From Squalus acanthias (taxonomy: Eukaryota), in assembly GCA_030390025.1 (NCBI GenBank), contig CM059433.1, forward strand, positions 10,170,001-10,234,000: a stretch of DNA of 64,000 bases, read 5' to 3'. Positions within the stretch are counted from its first letter, which is position 1. Every line of letters begins with the position of its first letter. The notes under the pieces are model-generated. The model did not search any database. It had not been told where the DNA came from and saw only the letters and a program-made list of their open reading frames with translations. Positions 60,498-64,000 of this stretch are shown piece by piece. Made by a program: the position numbers and the translations under genes.

Positions 60498-62171
60498 TTA
60501 CTACAGTTATACAGGGCCTTGGTGAGACCACACCTGGAGTACTGTGTGCAGTTTTGGTCTCCTTACCTAAGAAAGGATATACTTGCCATAGAGGGAGTGC
60601 AGCGAAGGTTCACCAGACTGATTCCTGGGATGGCAGGACTGTCGTATGAGGAGAGATTGGGTCGACTAGGCCTGTATTCACTCGAGTTTAGAAGAATGAG
60701 AGGGAATCTCAATGAAACGTATAAAATTCTGACAGGGCTAGACAGACTGGATGCAGGGGGATGTTTCAGCTGGCTGGGGGGTCTAGATAAAAGGGGTCAC
60801 AGCCTCAGGATACAGGGGTAGGACATTTAGGACTGAGATGAGGAGAAATTTCTTCACTCAGAGGGTGGTGAACCTGTGGAATTCTCTACCACAGAAGGCT
60901 GTGGAGGCCACGTCACTGAATATATTTAAGAAGGAGATAGATAGATTTCTAGACACAAAAGGCATCAAGGGATATGGGGAGAGAGCGGGAACATGGTATT
61001 GAGATAGAGGATCAGCCATGATCATATTGAATGGCGGAGCAGGCTCGAAGGGCTGAATGGCCTACTCCTGCTCCTATGTTTCTATGAAAACTTTCCTCTG
61101 GAGATTAAACAAGTTGGAGAGAAGCCATGATATAGGTTTGTGAAAAGATGGCTTTGCGCTGGCTGAATAATCTTTCCTCATTCTATGCTTTCTTATGTTT
61201 TATACGACACCATGCACTAAAAATGTATTTTACTGAGCACTATAACACAGATTTTAGTGTGGCTGGATTTATATTAAGTGCCTGAAATTTCAATATGTGC
61301 TCCCAGTGTGCAAGGCTCCCCAAAGTCAGGAAGTAATCCTTTAAGAGTACCCATGACTGCTAACCCATCCAAGATTGGCTAATGCATTGCAGAGTAAGGA
61401 TCAGACCTGGTGACTGTCTAATACATATAGCTCAGTGCTGTACCATGCAGTGCATTTACCCATTGCACCATCAGGGAAGCTCCGCAAAGTTATGTTTTGA
61501 GTTCTCATGAAGGTCTAATGGTTAAAGACACATAAGCATGAAGGTCCCAGATTTAATAGCTGGTCTGTGCTGAGTTGAATGATTTCAGCCAGAGCAGCAG
61601 TTGGGATGTGGGCATTCCATGGGCACCAATAGCCCACCATCACCTCATCTAAGTGGCTCTTCTTCAGATATGGGTCGAGACAGTGAGTTCCAGCAGGCGA
61701 TATGTTTGGGTATCACAGCTGAGCCTAATCCTACCCTCGTCTGATATCCATATTCACACACTTCCAATTATCGATCATGAGCTGGGCCCCGGGCCCATTT
61801 TTCCTCTCCCGAGCGCAGAGGTCCTGAGGCCAATTGTAAGATCCCTACTGCTGCACTGGCTGACATCAACGAACTCATCAGTGACCAAGGATCACAGCTG
61901 ACGTCTTGCTGCTGGTCCATTTGGATTAGTACCACGCCAGAAGGTGCAGTTACCTACCGAGCTGTCTCGGAGACTATTTTTTGATTCAAGACAATCTGAT
62001 TTTAACAAGTACAATCATGTTTTAAGAGTTACAGCAACCGAATTGTAGTTTAAGCACCAGATTCTAGGAGGCCACAGAAAAGCTGCACTGCCGGTCTACC
62101 ACTTTTCCACTTGGTACATGCAGAGCTGTGTGGCGTACGTCGAAGAGTCAGATTGGCTCAGTGGTAACAAT

Positions 62172-62666
62172 AAGCGATCTTATTGAAACATATAAGATTG
62201 TGAAGGGGCTTGATCGGGTGGAGGCGGGGAGGATGTTCCCAAGGATGGGTGAAACTAGAACTAGGGGGCATAATCTTAGAATAAGGGGCTGCTCTTTCAA
62301 AACTGAGATGAGGAGAAACTTCTTCACTCAGAGGGTAGTAGGTCTGTGGAATTTGCTGCCCCAGGAAGCTGTGGAAGCTACATCATTAAATAAATTTAAA
62401 ACAAAAATTAGACAGTTTCCTAGAAGTAAAGGGAATTAGGGGTTACGGGGAGCGGGCAGGAAATTGGACATGAGGCTGAGTTCGGATCGGTCGAGGCCCT
62501 GTGGGTGGCGTAGCGGGCCCAGGGGCTGAGTGGCCAGGTCCTGCTCCTACTTCTTGTGCTCTTTAGATTTGAGGTTAGGATCAGATCAGCCATGATCTTA
62601 TTGAATGGCGGAGCAGGCTCGAAGGGCCGATTGGCCTACTCCTGCTCCTATTTCTTATGTTCTTAT
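62172..62666 (+). mobile_element. CR1 3' fragment inserted in the head of an old SacSINE1-like copy (62150-63097)
   Basis: 8-bp TSD GTAACAAT (62164-62171 / 62667-62674). Confidence 0.85.
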
Positions 62667-63215
62667 GTAACAATCTTGCCTCTGAGTCAGAAGGTTGTGG
62701 GTTTAAGCCCCAGTTAAGCAGGTAATCTAGGCTGACATTCCAGTGCAGTATTGAGGGAGTGCTACATTGTCAGAGGTGCTGTCATTTAGATGAGAATTTA
62801 AACCGAGGCCATGTCTGCCTGTTCAAGGGACTGTAAAGGATCCCGCTGACTTTTTTGAAGAACAGCCGGGACCTCTGGTGTTCTGGCCAACATTCTTCCC
62901 TCAACTAACCCCACCAAATTAGATTAATTGGTCACTAATCTCATTGCTGTTTGTCGGACCTTACTGCGTTTTGTACATTGCCTTTGTCTACAAAACAACA
63001 GTGATGACACTTCAAAAATAATTAATTGGCTTCAAAAATAATTCCGATGCCCTGAGGATGTGAAAGGCACAGTGTGAATGCAAGTTCATTCCTTCTTACC
63101 CGTTGGTCCATCAGAACTTATTTTCCCCAATTTCCTCTCCTGATTCTTGCTGGGGTATAGTTCCACAAGTCTTGCCATTGTTTTGGTATCTACAGGTGTG
63201 AGACCTAGAGAGTGA

Positions 63216-63744
63216 GGGGGGAAATTTCCCAGCCCTGGGGAGGTGGGTATGGAGGCAGGACTGCCGGGAAAATGGCAGAAACTGGGAGCGGGTACCGAAC
63301 CCGCTCCCAACCCACCTCCGTGCCATCTTCCTGGGAGGTGGGTCCCCGACTGACGTAGGGCCCCGTCTCCTCGAGGCGGGAAGGGGATTACAGCCAATTA
63401 ACTGCCTGTTAACAGGTAGTTAACAGGCAGTTTTGAGGCTTATCCCCATTGGGGATCCGGAGGTGCCTCATCCCAATGGCAGAGATGACAGAATGGCTGC
63501 TGCATTCTCAGATGCAGCAACCATCTGATTTCTGCTGAGGAAATAGGTTTTGGTGAGCCTTCAGTACAAGGGCTCACCTTAGAACAGAGATTGTCAGTGT
63601 TTCACAGCTTCTCTAAGTCACCGACTTAACAAGGTCAATCAAGGGAAAATAGCGTGGGTTGGCCGGACGTCGTTGGGGGCGGGACTGAAACCCAACAACC
63701 AGCAGTCTCGCCCCCAACGCGCCCCCATTGACAAAGTCCAGCCC
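63216..63744. mobile_element. Non-autonomous Harbinger-type element (family C, copy 2)
   Basis: Reverse-orientation homologue of 14309-15152; TSD TGA. Confidence 0.7.
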
Positions 63745-63840
63745 TGAGTGTTAGCTGGCCATTTAACCATGGGCAGGAATCACAGCTGAGCCCACACCTG
63801 TCCTCACTCAGTATACACATCGAGGGGACATGGAATTGGG

Positions 63841-64000
63841 GGTCAGCTGTGGCTCAGTGGGTCGCACACTCACCTCTGAGTCAGAAGGTTGTGGGTTCAC
63901 AGTCCCCACTCCAGGGACTTGAGCACATAAATCTAGGCTGACACTCCCAGTGCAGTGCTGAGGGAGTGCCGCACTGTCGGAGGTGCCGTCTTTCGGATGA
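63841..64000 (+). mobile_element. SacSINE1-like SINE, 5' part (runs off the window)
   Basis: Head matches 34857-34700 in reverse. Confidence 0.85.

Larger units (their letters stand above)
59855..61087 (+). mobile_element. CR1 (HER1-like) RT C-terminus and 3' UTR, split by a PLE
   Basis: [41 protein letters not shown]. Confidence 0.9.

Noticed and set aside
61390..61960. Opposed fragments of another old tRNA-headed repeat (also ~38800-39010, 42960-43035, 49240-49505, 52930-53210)
   Set aside because: Too degraded to set boundaries or show that the inverted arrangement is non-random.

Overview
Repeat-dense, mostly non-coding eukaryotic DNA. It is very probably from a cartilaginous fish (shark), judging by HE1-like V-SINE, SacSINE1/Deu-SINE-like and shark-type CR1/L2 repeats. 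I recognise no intact host protein-coding gene. The first ~25 kb is a cluster of PIF/Harbinger DNA transposons. It holds one near-intact convergent two-gene element (DDE transposase plus a spliced Myb/SANT partner with an 8x heptad expansion), several deletion derivatives and MITEs. Throughout the window are about 20 5'-truncated CR1 fragments, L2 fragments, a second CR1-like LINE, three SINE families whose tails match LINEs in the window, two solo LTRs, a small hAT MITE and a diverged 7SL (SRP) RNA copy. Six minimal hammerhead-ribozyme motifs lie in short Penelope-like insertions and show structure-preserving variation. Two retro-insertions carry copies of nearby genomic DNA at their junctions. 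Unique sequence at ~38.5-47.6 kb and ~57.8-58.5 kb holds candidate minus-strand exons and enhancer-like blocks (low confidence). All family names come from pattern recognition by eye, not database searches.
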